In this document: piece after piece, positions 27,212 to 37,762 of the stretch
How the letters are laid out: each line of letters begins with the position of its first letter
Numbering within the stretch: the stretch's first letter is position 1
Assembly (NCBI GenBank): GCA_030583725.1
Contig: CP129472.1
Coordinates: forward strand, 142,958-206,957
Direction: 5' to 3'
From: a bacterium
GTDB taxonomy: Bacteria > Patescibacteriota > Microgenomatia > UBA8517
DNA: 64,000 bases
Notes under the pieces: generated by a model
Database searches by the model: none
Seen by the model: only the letters and a program-made list of their open reading frames with translations
What the model was told of the DNA's origin: nothing
Program-made: the position numbers and the translations under genes

Positions 27212-30200
27212 TTAATTAAAAACTTTTCTAATTTCATCTTCCAACGTCTGACCCCAACTTACTTTCTGTTTTACATTAATTTTTTTTCCATCAGCCTCAA
27301 AATACAAACTAACTTCATCGTTACCTGTGTTTTTTAAAAAAATGTTTTTTAATTTGAGAAGTTTTTCTTTTGAAGTTCCTGCAGGAATTTTAACTAGATG
27401 ACTACCATCGTTTTTAAATTCAACCATACTTTCTGCTAAAAATGATAATTCGTCCTCTCTTAAATCAGCCTTACCAGTTATTAAGAGCACTTTTCCATCT
27501 ACAAGTAGATTTTTGACATTTTGGTACAGTTTGGGGAAAACTACTATGTCTATTAGTCCAGAAGTATCTTCTGCTTTAACAAATGCCATTTCTGAGTTAT
27601 TTTTTTTGGTTAAAATTGATCTTACTTCTTTAACAACAACTCCAATTTTAATTTCCTTACCCCTAAGTTCATCTGGAACTATTTCTGATACTTTGTGTGT
27701 AATTTCTGTTTCTAATGGTTCAAGTAGTTCAACAATTGGTTTTGCAGATATTGAAAAACCTAAGAGGTCTCTCTCAAAATTTTCTCTCTCCTCATCTGAA
27801 AAATCATCAACAGAATTATCTATAACTGATGAATCAGATACAAATGCAGATATTTTAGTTTCATCTTCTTCAGAAAAAAGACCAAATTGGCCATTATTGT
27901 CTTTTGGCTTTGAAAGCTTAGACTTAATTACATCCATAGCATTTAAGAGTGCAGTTCTTTTGCCAAATTTATCCATTGCGCCAACTTTAATTAAACTTTC
28001 CAAAACTTTTTTATTTACTTTTCTACCATCTACTCTGTTTATAAAATCCATAAAACTTAAAAAGGGACCGTCTTTCCTGGCTTCTAATATAATTTCAATT
28101 GCAATATTACCTACATTTTTAATAGCAGACAAGCCAAATCTTATAGCTTTTTCTTCCAATGAATCTTTATCTTTTGAAATAGAAAAATCTAAATCAGATT
28201 CATTAATATCTGGGTTTAAAATTATAATTCCCATTCTTCTACATTCATGAACAGCTTGACTTACTTTTTCAGAGTCAGAACTTTCAGCAGAAAGAAGTGC
28301 GTTCATATATTCAACGGGATAATTTGCTTTCATATATGAGGTGTAATAGGCAACCATGCCATATGATGCGGCGTGAGCTTTGTTAAAACCATATGACTGG
28401 AAAGGTTCAAAAAGCTTCCACAACTCATCTGCAAATTTTTGTGTTTGGCCATTTGCAATAATTCCTTTGGTTAATTTTTCCTTCTGGGCAGCCATTTCTT
28501 CAGGTATTTTTTTACCAACTGCTTTTCTAAATTTATCTGTTTCTTCCCAAGTGTAACCAGCAAGCTCCAAGGCACAGAACAAAAGATCATCCTGATAGAC
28601 AATTAATCCATATGATTTATCTAAAAACTTTTCCATTCTGGGGTCTAAAAATTTAACTAATTTTGGATTATTTTTTCTGGCAATATATTCTGGTATTACA
28701 GCTAATGGTCCAGGACGATACAAAGCCACCATGGCCATAATATCTTCAACCCTTTCAGGTTTTAGTTCTTTTAAGAACTTGGTCATTCCTGATCCATTAA
28801 GTTGAAAGGTTCCCATTGTTTCACCACGAGAAAGCATTTCATATGTTTTTTTGGCACTTTCATCTTTTGCTCCGTCAATTGGTAGTTTATGTAAATCAAT
28901 CTTAATTCCCCGTAAATCCTCAACAATTTTAATTGCATTACCTAAAATGGATAAGTTACGAATTCCTAGAACATCAAATTTAATTAGACCAACATCTTCA
29001 CAAGCATGCATTTCGTACTGTGTAATTGTTTTTTCCCCAGATGGTTCTTTTTGAATTGGAGCGAAATCTGTTAATTTGGTAGGTGAAACTACTACCCCTG
29101 CAGCATGAACAGATAAATGTCTGGCGTTACCTTCAATGTCTCTGGCTAAATCTATTATTTTTTTAGTATCTGAGTCACTGTCGTACAATGATTTTAAATC
29201 TGGTGTTTCATTTAGGGCTCTATCTACTGTCATCGGAAATCCTTGAGCCCCCAAGGGTATTAATTTTGCTATTTTATCTCCAATTGCATAGGGGTAACCC
29301 AATACTCGCGCAATATCCCTTACAGCTGCTTTTGCAAGCATTCTCCCAAAAGTACATATTTGGGCGGTTTTGTCTTCACCATAGGTCTTTGCTATGTAGC
29401 GTATGACGTCATCACGTCTATTATCAGATATGTCAAAGTCAATATCAGGTGGAGATGGTCTATAGGGGTTTAAAAAACGCTCAAACGGTAAATTGTAGGT
29501 TAAAGGGTTAACTGTTGTAATACCTAAGACATATGAAACAAGTGAACCTGCAGCTGAACCCCTGGTGTTGGTTATAATTCCATTGTTGGTGGCCCAATTA
29601 ACCATATCGTAAACAATCAAGAAGTAAGGTGCATAGCCTTTAGTGTTTATAATACTAAGTTCGTATTTTAGTCTTTCTTTGACTTCATCAGTTAAAATCT
29701 CAACACGTTCTGGAAGAAACTTCCAAGATAAATCTTCTAAATATTCACTATCTGTTTTTCCTTTGGGTAAATCGTATTTTGGAAATGACCAACTTCCGAT
29801 TGGAATCTCTAAATTACACTTGTTGGCAATTTTTACTGTGTTTTCAATAGCATCTGGTAAGTCAGGGAATACTTCTTGCATTTCTTCAGGAGTTTTAATA
29901 TAGAAGTCAGGATTATCAATGTATCGTAAACGTTTAACATCTGTCACATTTTTTCCAGTTGCAATACAGACTAATGCATCTTGGGCAGTTGCGTCATCCT
30001 TTTTGATATAGTGGGCATCATTTGTAGCAACAAGGGGTATACCTAAATCACGAGATAATTTTACAACACCTTCTTCAAACAACACTGAATTGTCAGCAAC
30101 CTTTTGTAAGTCAGTTCTAAGAATTGTATCTTTAACACTAGGAATAATTTTTTCATAGTGATGACGTTGAATTTCCATATAGAAATCTTCTCCAAATGTA

Positions 30201-30676
30201 TCCAAATACCATTCAGTTAGCTTCTTGGCTTCTTTATAATTTTTGTCTATCAAATGCCTTGGAATTTCAGCAGCAGGGCAACCAGAAAAACAAACTATTC
30301 CTTTTTTGTGTTTGGCAAGTATTTCTTTTGTGAAGCGAGGTCTGTAATAGTAACCTTCCATATGAGCAATAGAAGTTAGCTTCATTAGATTTTTATAACC
30401 CTCATAGTCTTTTGCGAGCAACGTTATATGAAAGTTATCTTTTACTTTTTCTTCCATTGAACGAGTCACATAACCCTCAAGACCAATAATGGGTTTAACT
30501 TCCTGTTTTTTACCTTCTTTGAAAAATTCAACAACGCCATACATTGCACCATGATCAGTAATTGCAATTGCATCCATATTATTTTCTTTAATATGGCTAA
30601 AAAGTTTTTTTATTTTAGACATCCCATCAAGAAGTGAATATTCTGTGTGGTTGTGAAGATGTACAAACTTAGACAT
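27212..30676 (-). CDS. dnaE: DNA polymerase III alpha subunit (DnaE)
   Basis: PHP N-terminus 'KFVHLHNHTEYSLLDG', polymerase core, C-terminal OB fold; start at ATG 30676 preferred over 30697. Confidence 0.95.
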   Translation of the reverse strand: MSKFVHLHNHTEYSLLDGMSKIKKLFSHIKENNMDAIAITDHGAMYGVVEFFKEGKKQEVKPIIGLEGYVTRSMEEKVKDNFHITLLAKDYEGYKNLMKLTSIAHMEGYYYRPRFTKEILAKHKKGIVCFSGCPAAEIPRHLIDKNYKEAKKLTEWYLDTFGEDFYMEIQRHHYEKIIPSVKDTILRTDLQKVADNSVLFEEGVVKLSRDLGIPLVATNDAHYIKKDDATAQDALVCIATGKNVTDVKRLRYIDNPDFYIKTPEEMQEVFPDLPDAIENTVKIANKCNLEIPIGSWSFPKYDLPKGKTDSEYLEDLSWKFLPERVEILTDEVKERLKYELSIINTKGYAPYFLIVYDMVNWATNNGIITNTRGSAAGSLVSYVLGITTVNPLTYNLPFERFLNPYRPSPPDIDFDISDNRRDDVIRYIAKTYGEDKTAQICTFGRMLAKAAVRDIARVLGYPYAIGDKIAKLIPLGAQGFPMTVDRALNETPDLKSLYDSDSDTKKIIDLARDIEGNARHLSVHAAGVVVSPTKLTDFAPIQKEPSGEKTITQYEMHACEDVGLIKFDVLGIRNLSILGNAIKIVEDLRGIKIDLHKLPIDGAKDESAKKTYEMLSRGETMGTFQLNGSGMTKFLKELKPERVEDIMAMVALYRPGPLAVIPEYIARKNNPKLVKFLDPRMEKFLDKSYGLIVYQDDLLFCALELAGYTWEETDKFRKAVGKKIPEEMAAQKEKLTKGIIANGQTQKFADELWKLFEPFQSYGFNKAHAASYGMVAYYTSYMKANYPVEYMNALLSAESSDSEKVSQAVHECRRMGIIILNPDINESDLDFSISKDKDSLEEKAIRFGLSAIKNVGNIAIEIILEARKDGPFLSFMDFINRVDGRKVNKKVLESLIKVGAMDKFGKRTALLNAMDVIKSKLSKPKDNNGQFGLFSEEDETKISAFVSDSSVIDNSVDDFSDEERENFERDLLGFSISAKPIVELLEPLETEITHKVSEIVPDELRGKEIKIGVVVKEVRSILTKKNNSEMAFVKAEDTSGLIDIVVFPKLYQNVKNLLVDGKVLLITGKADLREDELSFLAESMVEFKNDGSHLVKIPAGTSKEKLLKLKNIFLKNTGNDEVSLYFEADGKKINVKQKVSWGQTLEDEIRKVFN

Positions 30677-31193
30677 TTTTTTTGCTTCTAAACTCATCTT
30701 TATTCTTATACATTAGCTGGTCAGCTCGGCCTAATAGAGTCTCGAGTGTATCTTCTGGGACTCTTCCAGCAAAACCTATTGCTGCATTGAGGTTCGCAAG
30801 CTTCAGGGAATTGTTTATCTTTGGTAAAACCTTTGATTCAGCAACCTGGCTATCTGTTGAATGCATTAATAATACAAATTCATCTCCACCATATCTAAAA
30901 AAGTAATCTTGATCTCTTAGTTTATTTTGTAAGTCTTTGGCGAACATAGTCATCCTTCTATCACCTTCAGGATGACCTAGTGTGTCATTGACCGCCTTAA
31001 AGTCATTCAAATCAATTACAACTAGTGTTAATGGTGTGTTGTTTCTTAGAGATTCTTCAAACTGTCTAGGTGCTAATACCTCAAAGGCATTTCTACTAAA
31101 TGCACCGGTCATAAAATCACGTAAGGATTTTTCCTCCTCATCTTTCCATTCCAACTCATCAGGTTTAAAATCCTCACGTATATTGTCAGCCAT
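30669..31193 (-). CDS. stand-alone GGDEF-domain diguanylate cyclase (174 aa, no sensor domain)
   Basis: 'RYGGDEFVLL' active site with I-site 'RDQD' at canonical spacing; 'LVVIDLNDFKAVND' GGDEF N-terminal motif. Confidence 0.75.
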   Translation of the reverse strand: MADNIREDFKPDELEWKDEEEKSLRDFMTGAFSRNAFEVLAPRQFEESLRNNTPLTLVVIDLNDFKAVNDTLGHPEGDRRMTMFAKDLQNKLRDQDYFFRYGGDEFVLLMHSTDSQVAESKVLPKINNSLKLANLNAAIGFAGRVPEDTLETLLGRADQLMYKNKDEFRSKKNV

Positions 31194-31195
31194 AG

Positions 31196-32491
31196 TTATT
31201 TATTTAAGAATTTTAATAATATATCATTTAATTCTTTTGGATTTGCTTTTCCTTGCAATTTCTTTTGTGCTTGTCCTATTAAAAAGCCAATAACTTGCCC
31301 TTTACCATTTTTATATGAAGTAACTATATCAGGATTTTCTAAAATTACACTAGAAACTGCAGTTTCAACATCATTTGGTGTTGCAAATTCTGTTGTTTCT
31401 ATTTCTTTAATTTTTTTAATAAGTCCTGCAGGTTCTCTAAATTCACTATCCATTTTTTTATTAACCATTAAGTTAGCGATTAACTTGTAGTTATTATCAA
31501 ATTTTGCAGCTTCTTCAAAATAACTTGCTCTGCTTGGGTCTGAAACTAGAATTTCTATAAAATCTTTTGAAATATTATACTGGGTCTTAAATCTAATTCT
31601 TTTTTCATTGGGTAATTCTGGGATAGAACCTTGTATTCTTTTAATGTCCTCGTCAGACGTCTCAATTGGTGGTAAATCAGCCTCTGGAAAGTATCTATAG
31701 TCATCAGACCCTGATTTTGTTCGTTGTGAGAAGGTAGTTTGAGTTGTTTCATCATAGCCTCTAGTTTCTTGTTCTAGTTTCAGTCCTTTGTCTAAAGCTT
31801 CTGATTGTCTTTTTATTTCTGCTTTTAGTGCTTTTTCTAAAAATCTAAATGAATTAATGTTTTTAAGTTCCACCTTGTAGTTAGGGAGTTGTCCATCTTT
31901 TGAAAGTGAAATATTTGCTTCAAGCCTCATTGTTCCCTTTTCCATATCTGCATTACTTATGTTTAAATATCTAGCAATTAACTGCAGTTCTCTTAAGAAG
32001 CTTAAGACTTCATCTATTTCATTGAATACTGGTTTGGTAACAAGCTCTATTAGTGCACAACCTGAACGATTGAAATCTATAAGTGATACTTTTTTACCAT
32101 CAACTACTTGGTGGATTAGCTTACCTGCATCTTCTTCTAGATGTATATGGTCTATCTTTTTGCTCAGTAGTTCTCCACCAACACAAAAGGGATTGTCTTT
32201 TTGACTTGTTTGAAAACTTTTTGGTAAGTCAGAGTAAAAATAGTGTTTTCTGTAAAAGATACTTTTCTTACTTATTTTAGATCCCAAAGCTAGTCCAAGT
32301 TTAATAGTTTTTTCAATTGCTTGGCTATTTGCAAAGGGCAGTGCGCCGGGTAATCCTAAACAAATAGGGCAAGTTTGTGTGTTTGCCTGTTTGCCAAAAT
32401 GATCTTGTGGACACGAACAAAACATTTTTGAATTTGTGTTTGGCTCTATGTGTACTTCAAGACCAATGATTGTTGTATATTTATTATTCAT
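31196..32491 (-). CDS. gatB: Asp-tRNA(Asn)/Glu-tRNA(Gln) amidotransferase subunit B
   Basis: 'TIIGLEVHIE', Cys cluster 'MFCSCPQ...CPICLGLPGALP', C-terminal YqeY-like domain. Confidence 0.95.
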   Translation of the reverse strand: MNNKYTTIIGLEVHIEPNTNSKMFCSCPQDHFGKQANTQTCPICLGLPGALPFANSQAIEKTIKLGLALGSKISKKSIFYRKHYFYSDLPKSFQTSQKDNPFCVGGELLSKKIDHIHLEEDAGKLIHQVVDGKKVSLIDFNRSGCALIELVTKPVFNEIDEVLSFLRELQLIARYLNISNADMEKGTMRLEANISLSKDGQLPNYKVELKNINSFRFLEKALKAEIKRQSEALDKGLKLEQETRGYDETTQTTFSQRTKSGSDDYRYFPEADLPPIETSDEDIKRIQGSIPELPNEKRIRFKTQYNISKDFIEILVSDPSRASYFEEAAKFDNNYKLIANLMVNKKMDSEFREPAGLIKKIKEIETTEFATPNDVETAVSSVILENPDIVTSYKNGKGQVIGFLIGQAQKKLQGKANPKELNDILLKFLNK

Positions 32492-32502
32492 TTATTTATT
32501 CA

Positions 32503-33885
32503 CTAAAAAGCTGTTCTAGGTTTAAAATCTGTAGCTTTTTCATACAGCTTACCTAGATGAAACAAGTTATTCTCTTTAAATCTGGGCCCCATTAACTGAA
32601 AACCTAGAGGCAACTTATTTTTTGTAAATCCACTTGGAATTGCAATTGATGGAATTCCACACAAATTTGCAGTTGCAGCATAAATATCTGTTAAGTACAT
32701 AGCAAGTGGATCGTTTGTTTTTTCACCAATTTTAAATGCTGGAGTTGGGGCAACTGGTGCTATTATTGCATCTACTTTGGAAAAAACGTCGTCAGTCTCA
32801 TTTTTGATAATTGTTCTTACTTTCATTGCTTTCTCATAGTAGGCGTCATAATAACCACTAGACAACACATAGCTTCCAAGCATTATTCTGCGTTTGGCCT
32901 CTTCGCCAAAAGTGTCCCTAGCATTGCCATACCTGATTCCATCAAACCTGCCCAAATTACTTGAGACTTCAGCAGGTTGGATAATGTAATAGACTGAGAT
33001 AGCATACTTTGTTGAAGGTAGTGACACATCAACAAACTCTATATCCTCCGATTTAAAAACACTAATAACTTCTTGTATATCTTTTTCAATTTCGAGGGAG
33101 AGGCCTTTGATAAAAAACTCTTTTGGTACTCCAATTTTTAATTTAGATGTTTTAACTTGTCCTGCATCATAATTTTTAACAGTTCCATCAAATCCATCTT
33201 CTCCTTTTAATACATTAAATACAGTTTCAACGTCAAGGGTGGTATGTCCAAGAGGGCCCACAGTGTCAAGTGAGCTTGCCATTGCAATTACTCCATATCT
33301 TGATATTGCTCCGTATGTCGGTTTTAGAGAAACTATATGATTATAGTTAGCAGGTAATCTAATTGATCCACAAGTATCTGTGCCAGTTGAGATTAAACTT
33401 AAGTTTGCTGAAAGAACAGCGCCAGAACCTGAAGAAGAACCGCCAGCTATATATTCTTCATTCCAAGGATTCTTTGTAACTCCAAAGTCTGAATTCTCAC
33501 CACTACTTCCGTGTGCAAAAGCATCACAGTTAAGTTTTCCAAGTGGGATTGCTCCTGCATTTTCAAGTTTTTTAACCGAAGTTGCTGAATATGGTGGTAT
33601 GTAGCTTTCTAGTATTTTTGATCCAGCAGTCGTTCTTATAGATTCAGTCAAAAATATATCCTTGTATGAAACAGTAACTCCAGAAAGTGGGTTTGAAAAA
33701 TCACCTGACTTATCAAGTTCTTTTGCTTTTTCATATGCTTTTTCTTGACTAACAGTTAGAAATATATTGTATTTACTGTTGTATTTTTTAATTCTTGCAA
33801 GATAGTGGTCAACTAGTTCAACAGCACTAAACTTTTTAGATTTTAGACCATCTTGTGTTTCTTTAATGGTTAAGGGGTAAGTCAT
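32503..33885 (-). CDS. gatA: Asp-tRNA(Asn)/Glu-tRNA(Gln) amidotransferase subunit A
   Basis: Amidase signature 'GGSSSGSGAVLSANL', Ser-cisSer-Lys triad region. Confidence 0.95.
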   Translation of the reverse strand: MTYPLTIKETQDGLKSKKFSAVELVDHYLARIKKYNSKYNIFLTVSQEKAYEKAKELDKSGDFSNPLSGVTVSYKDIFLTESIRTTAGSKILESYIPPYSATSVKKLENAGAIPLGKLNCDAFAHGSSGENSDFGVTKNPWNEEYIAGGSSSGSGAVLSANLSLISTGTDTCGSIRLPANYNHIVSLKPTYGAISRYGVIAMASSLDTVGPLGHTTLDVETVFNVLKGEDGFDGTVKNYDAGQVKTSKLKIGVPKEFFIKGLSLEIEKDIQEVISVFKSEDIEFVDVSLPSTKYAISVYYIIQPAEVSSNLGRFDGIRYGNARDTFGEEAKRRIMLGSYVLSSGYYDAYYEKAMKVRTIIKNETDDVFSKVDAIIAPVAPTPAFKIGEKTNDPLAMYLTDIYAATANLCGIPSIAIPSGFTKNKLPLGFQLMGPRFKENNLFHLGKLYEKATDFKPRTAF

Positions 33886-34193
33886 TTGTCACTTCTCCCT
33901 TCTAGAATGGCAGGAACTTTAAAAAAGCCATTATGGCTATTGTCTGTCCCTGATAACGCTTTATCTTTTGTAAGTACAGGGAGTGAATTGATTTCATCTT
34001 TTCTTGTGATGTTACTTAAGCCCGTTGTTTGGGTTGTTGGCTCTACATTATCTGTGTTAACTTCTTTAAGTTGACCTATAAATTCAATGACTTTGGTCAA
34101 CTGTGGAGTAAACTTGGCAATTTCATTGTCAGTTAAAACAAGGTTTGAAAGCTGGGCTGTATGCAAAACTTGTCCTTTGGTTAACTTGACCAT
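33882..34193 (-). CDS. gatC: Asp-tRNA(Asn)/Glu-tRNA(Gln) amidotransferase subunit C
   Basis: 103 aa directly upstream of and overlapping gatA; 'VLHTAQLSNLVLTDNEIAKFTPQLTKVIEFIGQL' GatC pattern. Confidence 0.8.
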   Translation of the reverse strand: MVKLTKGQVLHTAQLSNLVLTDNEIAKFTPQLTKVIEFIGQLKEVNTDNVEPTTQTTGLSNITRKDEINSLPVLTKDKALSGTDNSHNGFFKVPAILEGRSDK

Positions 34194-34213
34194 ATGGACA
34201 TATAATACTTCAC

Positions 34214-35143
34214 TTACGCCATTTTTTGTAGTGTTGCTATTCTTTCTTTTACTGGTGGGTGAGTATTAAATAGATTTGAGAACCAAGAAACTTGCGATTT
34301 TGATTTGTCTTTAAATGGACTTTCAAAATAAAGGTGAGCGGTTGCTTTGTTTGCAGCTTCTAATGGCTCGTGGTCATTTGATATTTTCTGTAATGCCAAA
34401 ATGAGTCCCTGAGGCTGACGAGTTAAAGACACTGCAGTTGCATCTGCCATAAATTCTCTTCGTCTTGAAATTGCAAGTTTAATTAGGCTTGCGATGATTG
34501 GCGATAATAGGGCAAAAACTAGTCCTAAAATCATTATAATTGCCCCAAGTTGATTTTTTTCACTTCTATCAGAACCTCTTCCGTGGAAACTTACTCTCAA
34601 AAACCAATCAGCAAGAAGTGCGATTAAACCAACCATCACGGACACAATACTCATAAGCCTTATGTCATAATTTTTAATATGTGCCATCTCGTGAGCCACA
34701 ACTGCTTCAAGTTCAGTCCTGTTTAACTTGGCAAGAAGTCCAGTTGTAACACAAACCACGGCATGATCTGGGTCACGCCCTGTTGCAAAAGCATTGGGTG
34801 CTGAGTCTTCAATTACATATAATTTTGGTAAGGGAAGCCCAGATCCAATTGAAAGATTTTCTGCAACACTTCTAAATATTTTATCTTCTGCCTTATTTGC
34901 AACTCTTGCGCTTGATATTGAAAGCACAATTTTATCTGAATAGTAGTAACTGATAAAAGTAGAAACACCTGAAATTATCAATGCAATACCAACATAACCT
35001 AGACCTCCAACTCGGTAATCCATGTAATATCCAAAGGCTTGACCAAAAATATAAATTGTAAGAAATGAAAACACTAAAAATAACACAGTTATAACTGCGC
35101 TTTTCACTTTATTACTTTGCTGAACCTCGTATATATTTTGCAT
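34214..35143 (-). CDS. htpX: M48-family protease HtpX
   Basis: 'VVAHEMAHIKNYD' HExxH, 4 TM, C-terminal 'ATAHLYF'. Confidence 0.9.
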   Translation of the reverse strand: MQNIYEVQQSNKVKSAVITVLFLVFSFLTIYIFGQAFGYYMDYRVGGLGYVGIALIISGVSTFISYYYSDKIVLSISSARVANKAEDKIFRSVAENLSIGSGLPLPKLYVIEDSAPNAFATGRDPDHAVVCVTTGLLAKLNRTELEAVVAHEMAHIKNYDIRLMSIVSVMVGLIALLADWFLRVSFHGRGSDRSEKNQLGAIIMILGLVFALLSPIIASLIKLAISRRREFMADATAVSLTRQPQGLILALQKISNDHEPLEAANKATAHLYFESPFKDKSKSQVSWFSNLFNTHPPVKERIATLQKMA

Positions 35144-35703
35144 TAGAGATTAACTTTTGGTGATTTCATCTCTGCTGAGCTTACAGTTAGATGTTCACCA
35201 TCTTCTGCTGTTTCTAAACCTTTAAGTTCATCAAACTTAAACATGTTGGCAACAAGATTACTTGGAACAGAAACTCTTTTAACATTATAGTCAGCTGTTA
35301 AGTCAATCAAAAGTCTTCTTGCGTACATGACTTTGTCAGATGTATCTCTAAGTTCACCCATTAAGTTTTCCACAACTGTATTGGCCTTAAGTTCAGGATT
35401 GCTTTCAACTACTATCTTAAGTCCAGACAAAGCCTCAGAAATTTGTTTCGATGCATCTTGACCTTTAGAAAGTAACTTTCTAGCTTCAGATAACATTTCC
35501 ATTATTCCTTTTTCGTGCTTTATATAACCTTTTACAGAAACCTCTAGGTTTGGAATTAAGTCTGCTTGTCTTTTAAGTTGATTGCCTATTTCTTGAATTG
35601 AAGCTTTAATTCTTGCCTTGCTTGATACAAAAAAATTATATGTTGAAATAACCCAAAGCACTAATAAAACAGATAGTCCTATTAAAATAATTGTAATATT
35701 CAT
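35143..35703 (-). CDS. lemA: LemA-family protein
   Basis: N-terminal TM then typical LemA helical domain; 1-nt overlap with htpX. Confidence 0.75.
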   Translation of the reverse strand: MNITIILIGLSVLLVLWVISTYNFFVSSKARIKASIQEIGNQLKRQADLIPNLEVSVKGYIKHEKGIMEMLSEARKLLSKGQDASKQISEALSGLKIVVESNPELKANTVVENLMGELRDTSDKVMYARRLLIDLTADYNVKRVSVPSNLVANMFKFDELKGLETAEDGEHLTVSSAEMKSPKVNL

Positions 35704-35750
35704 ATATTAATCACCACCCTTCAACTAAATTGATAATAGGATATTAGGAT

Positions 35751-37448
35751 TTAAATGACAAGTCTTTTCAGAAACTCCTCTAAACTTAAGGTGTTTATTA
35801 TATCTTTCTTTTGGCACCAACCTCTTCTTGCAACGTCTACTCCATACCTCATATTATCCATCATTGAAACCTCATGGGTATCAGTCCCCAATGTCAGATT
35901 AACACCTAGTTTGACAGCTTCACGTACTAAAGTATCTGGTAAGTCCAACCGCATTGGGTCTGAATTAATCTCAATCCACTTATTGTTTTTTAGACAAAAG
36001 TCAAAAATAACTTCCCAGTTAAGTTCAACGCCCTCTCTTTCGTTAATTTTTCTTGCAGTTGGATGGGCGAATATTTTCACCTTTGGATGACTAAGAGCTG
36101 TTAAAACTCTTTTAGTCATATCGTCTCTATTAAGATCAAAAACAGTATGAATTGAAACTAATGCAAAGTCTAAAGTTTCTAACCCTTTCACGGAAACTGG
36201 CAAACTTCCGTCCTTACCTATGTCAATCTCGAGGCTATTGAACACTTTTTTTACACTACCTGTTCCACTTTTCACGACTGAGTAATTAAGTTGATCTACA
36301 ACTTCTTTTTTTCTTTTTAAGATATTAATAATTTCAGATTCGCTATGTTTACTTTTACTGGGGTTGTGCTCAGTGAAAGCAATATATTCGTAGTTTAGAT
36401 TATTAGCTTTACTAACTATTTCTTGCATACTGCTAGCACCTAAGTCGTGTGAAGTTTCAATATCAAAATCACTATGTATTTGTAAGTCCCCCTTAACGTC
36501 TTCTACGGAAACCAAATTAGGTAGCTTATCATTTAAAGATGCTTCTATTTCTCCAGTGTCTTCTCTGAGTTCAGGTTCAATATATGTAAGTTTTAAAAAA
36601 TTGTAGAAGTCTTGTTCATTTGCAAAGCTTAATCTTTCTTTCTTTGGGTTTTTAGTGTCTTTTGCTCCATATTCATTCAAACTGTAACCTAATTTTTTGG
36701 CACGTTCTCGAAGAGCAATGTTATGGAACTTACTACCTGTAAAGTGTTGCAGGACTGAGCCATATCTGGCAGGGTCCATTACTAGAATATCAACTTGTAC
36801 ATCACCAGGAAGCAAAAGTGAAGCTGTGCGATCCCCTTTTTCAATAATTTTTTGTGTTTTTGGATATTCTACAAACTTTTTAATGACTTCAGTTGGATTA
36901 TCTGTGGCAACTGCTATGTCAATGTCGCCCACTGTAGCGGTCTTTCTACGCAAAGAGCCTAGTGTATCTAACTTTTTGATGTGGGGGCTCATTTTAAGCC
37001 ACTCCATAACCTCAGAAGCAAGTTTTTCAGCATATGGTAGTAGTAGTCTTTTTGTTTTGGTAGCCATTTTTTGAGCTTCAAGCAGTTTTTCTTTAATTTC
37101 AGGTTTTGGAAGTTCTGCAAGCATTTTCAATGCTGTTTTTAATCCTACTTTGGGCAAAATCATTAGTTTAAATGCATCTTGGGGTATATCTTTCATTAAA
37201 TCTTTAAAATGCTTTGATTCACCAGTTCTAAATACCTCGTCAAGGTGTTTTGCAATTGAAGGCCCAATACCGGGAACATCGTCTAGTTTTCCATCATCCC
37301 ACAAATCTTTAAGTTCTGAAGTGGCATGTTCAACTGAAGTTGCAGCTCTATCATATGCAATTGCCTGAAATTTATACTTTATAGGGTCTTTTAATTGATA
37401 GGTAGCTGATACATTTTTCAAAAGTTCTGCAATTTGAAGATTGGTCAT
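35751..37448 (-). CDS. polX: DNA polymerase X with C-terminal PHP domain (PolX)
   Basis: Pol-beta-like N-terminus 'LQIAELLKNVSATYQLK...FQAIAYDRAA', HhH/fingers/palm 'GDIDIAVAT', C-terminal PHP 'AFTEHNP...GTDTHE'. Confidence 0.85.
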   Translation of the reverse strand: MTNLQIAELLKNVSATYQLKDPIKYKFQAIAYDRAATSVEHATSELKDLWDDGKLDDVPGIGPSIAKHLDEVFRTGESKHFKDLMKDIPQDAFKLMILPKVGLKTALKMLAELPKPEIKEKLLEAQKMATKTKRLLLPYAEKLASEVMEWLKMSPHIKKLDTLGSLRRKTATVGDIDIAVATDNPTEVIKKFVEYPKTQKIIEKGDRTASLLLPGDVQVDILVMDPARYGSVLQHFTGSKFHNIALRERAKKLGYSLNEYGAKDTKNPKKERLSFANEQDFYNFLKLTYIEPELREDTGEIEASLNDKLPNLVSVEDVKGDLQIHSDFDIETSHDLGASSMQEIVSKANNLNYEYIAFTEHNPSKSKHSESEIINILKRKKEVVDQLNYSVVKSGTGSVKKVFNSLEIDIGKDGSLPVSVKGLETLDFALVSIHTVFDLNRDDMTKRVLTALSHPKVKIFAHPTARKINEREGVELNWEVIFDFCLKNNKWIEINSDPMRLDLPDTLVREAVKLGVNLTLGTDTHEVSMMDNMRYGVDVARRGWCQKKDIINTLSLEEFLKRLVI

Positions 37449-37493
37449 GAATAAATTATAGCATCTGATGCTACTTCTTGTGATTAAGAATGA

Positions 37494-37715
37494 CTAACGA
37501 ATACCTAATTCTCTAACTTTTGCATCTAATTGTGCTGGAGTCCATCCTTTTAAAAATGCCTCCTGTTTCAATTTCTTAAACTGCGCGCCATTTTTTAGTT
37601 CGTCGTTTAGTTTTTCTACTCTACTACCTATATTTGTATCTACAGCTGGTCTAGTGATAGCCTCACCTTGTGCAGCAGTAGCGATATCTATCTTTGATTC
37701 AGTTACCTCAGTCAT
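37494..37715 (-). CDS. hypothetical small protein
   Basis: 73 aa, no motif recognised. Confidence 0.25.
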   Translation of the reverse strand: MTEVTESKIDIATAAQGEAITRPAVDTNIGSRVEKLNDELKNGAQFKKLKQEAFLKGWTPAQLDAKVRELGIR

Positions 37716-37762
37716 AATGTAATTATATTATATGTTTGAAAAATATGCAAAAATAATTAAGA

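Noticed and set aside
27513-28250. 245-aa Ser-rich plus-strand ORF, and other 60-175-aa ORFs antisense to dnaE, uvrA, uvrB, pps, polX and gatA/gatB (e.g. 12659-13183, 9518-9802, 36697-37074)
   Set aside because: They lie entirely inside well-supported genes on the opposite strand and have low-complexity composition typical of antisense frames in AT-rich DNA.
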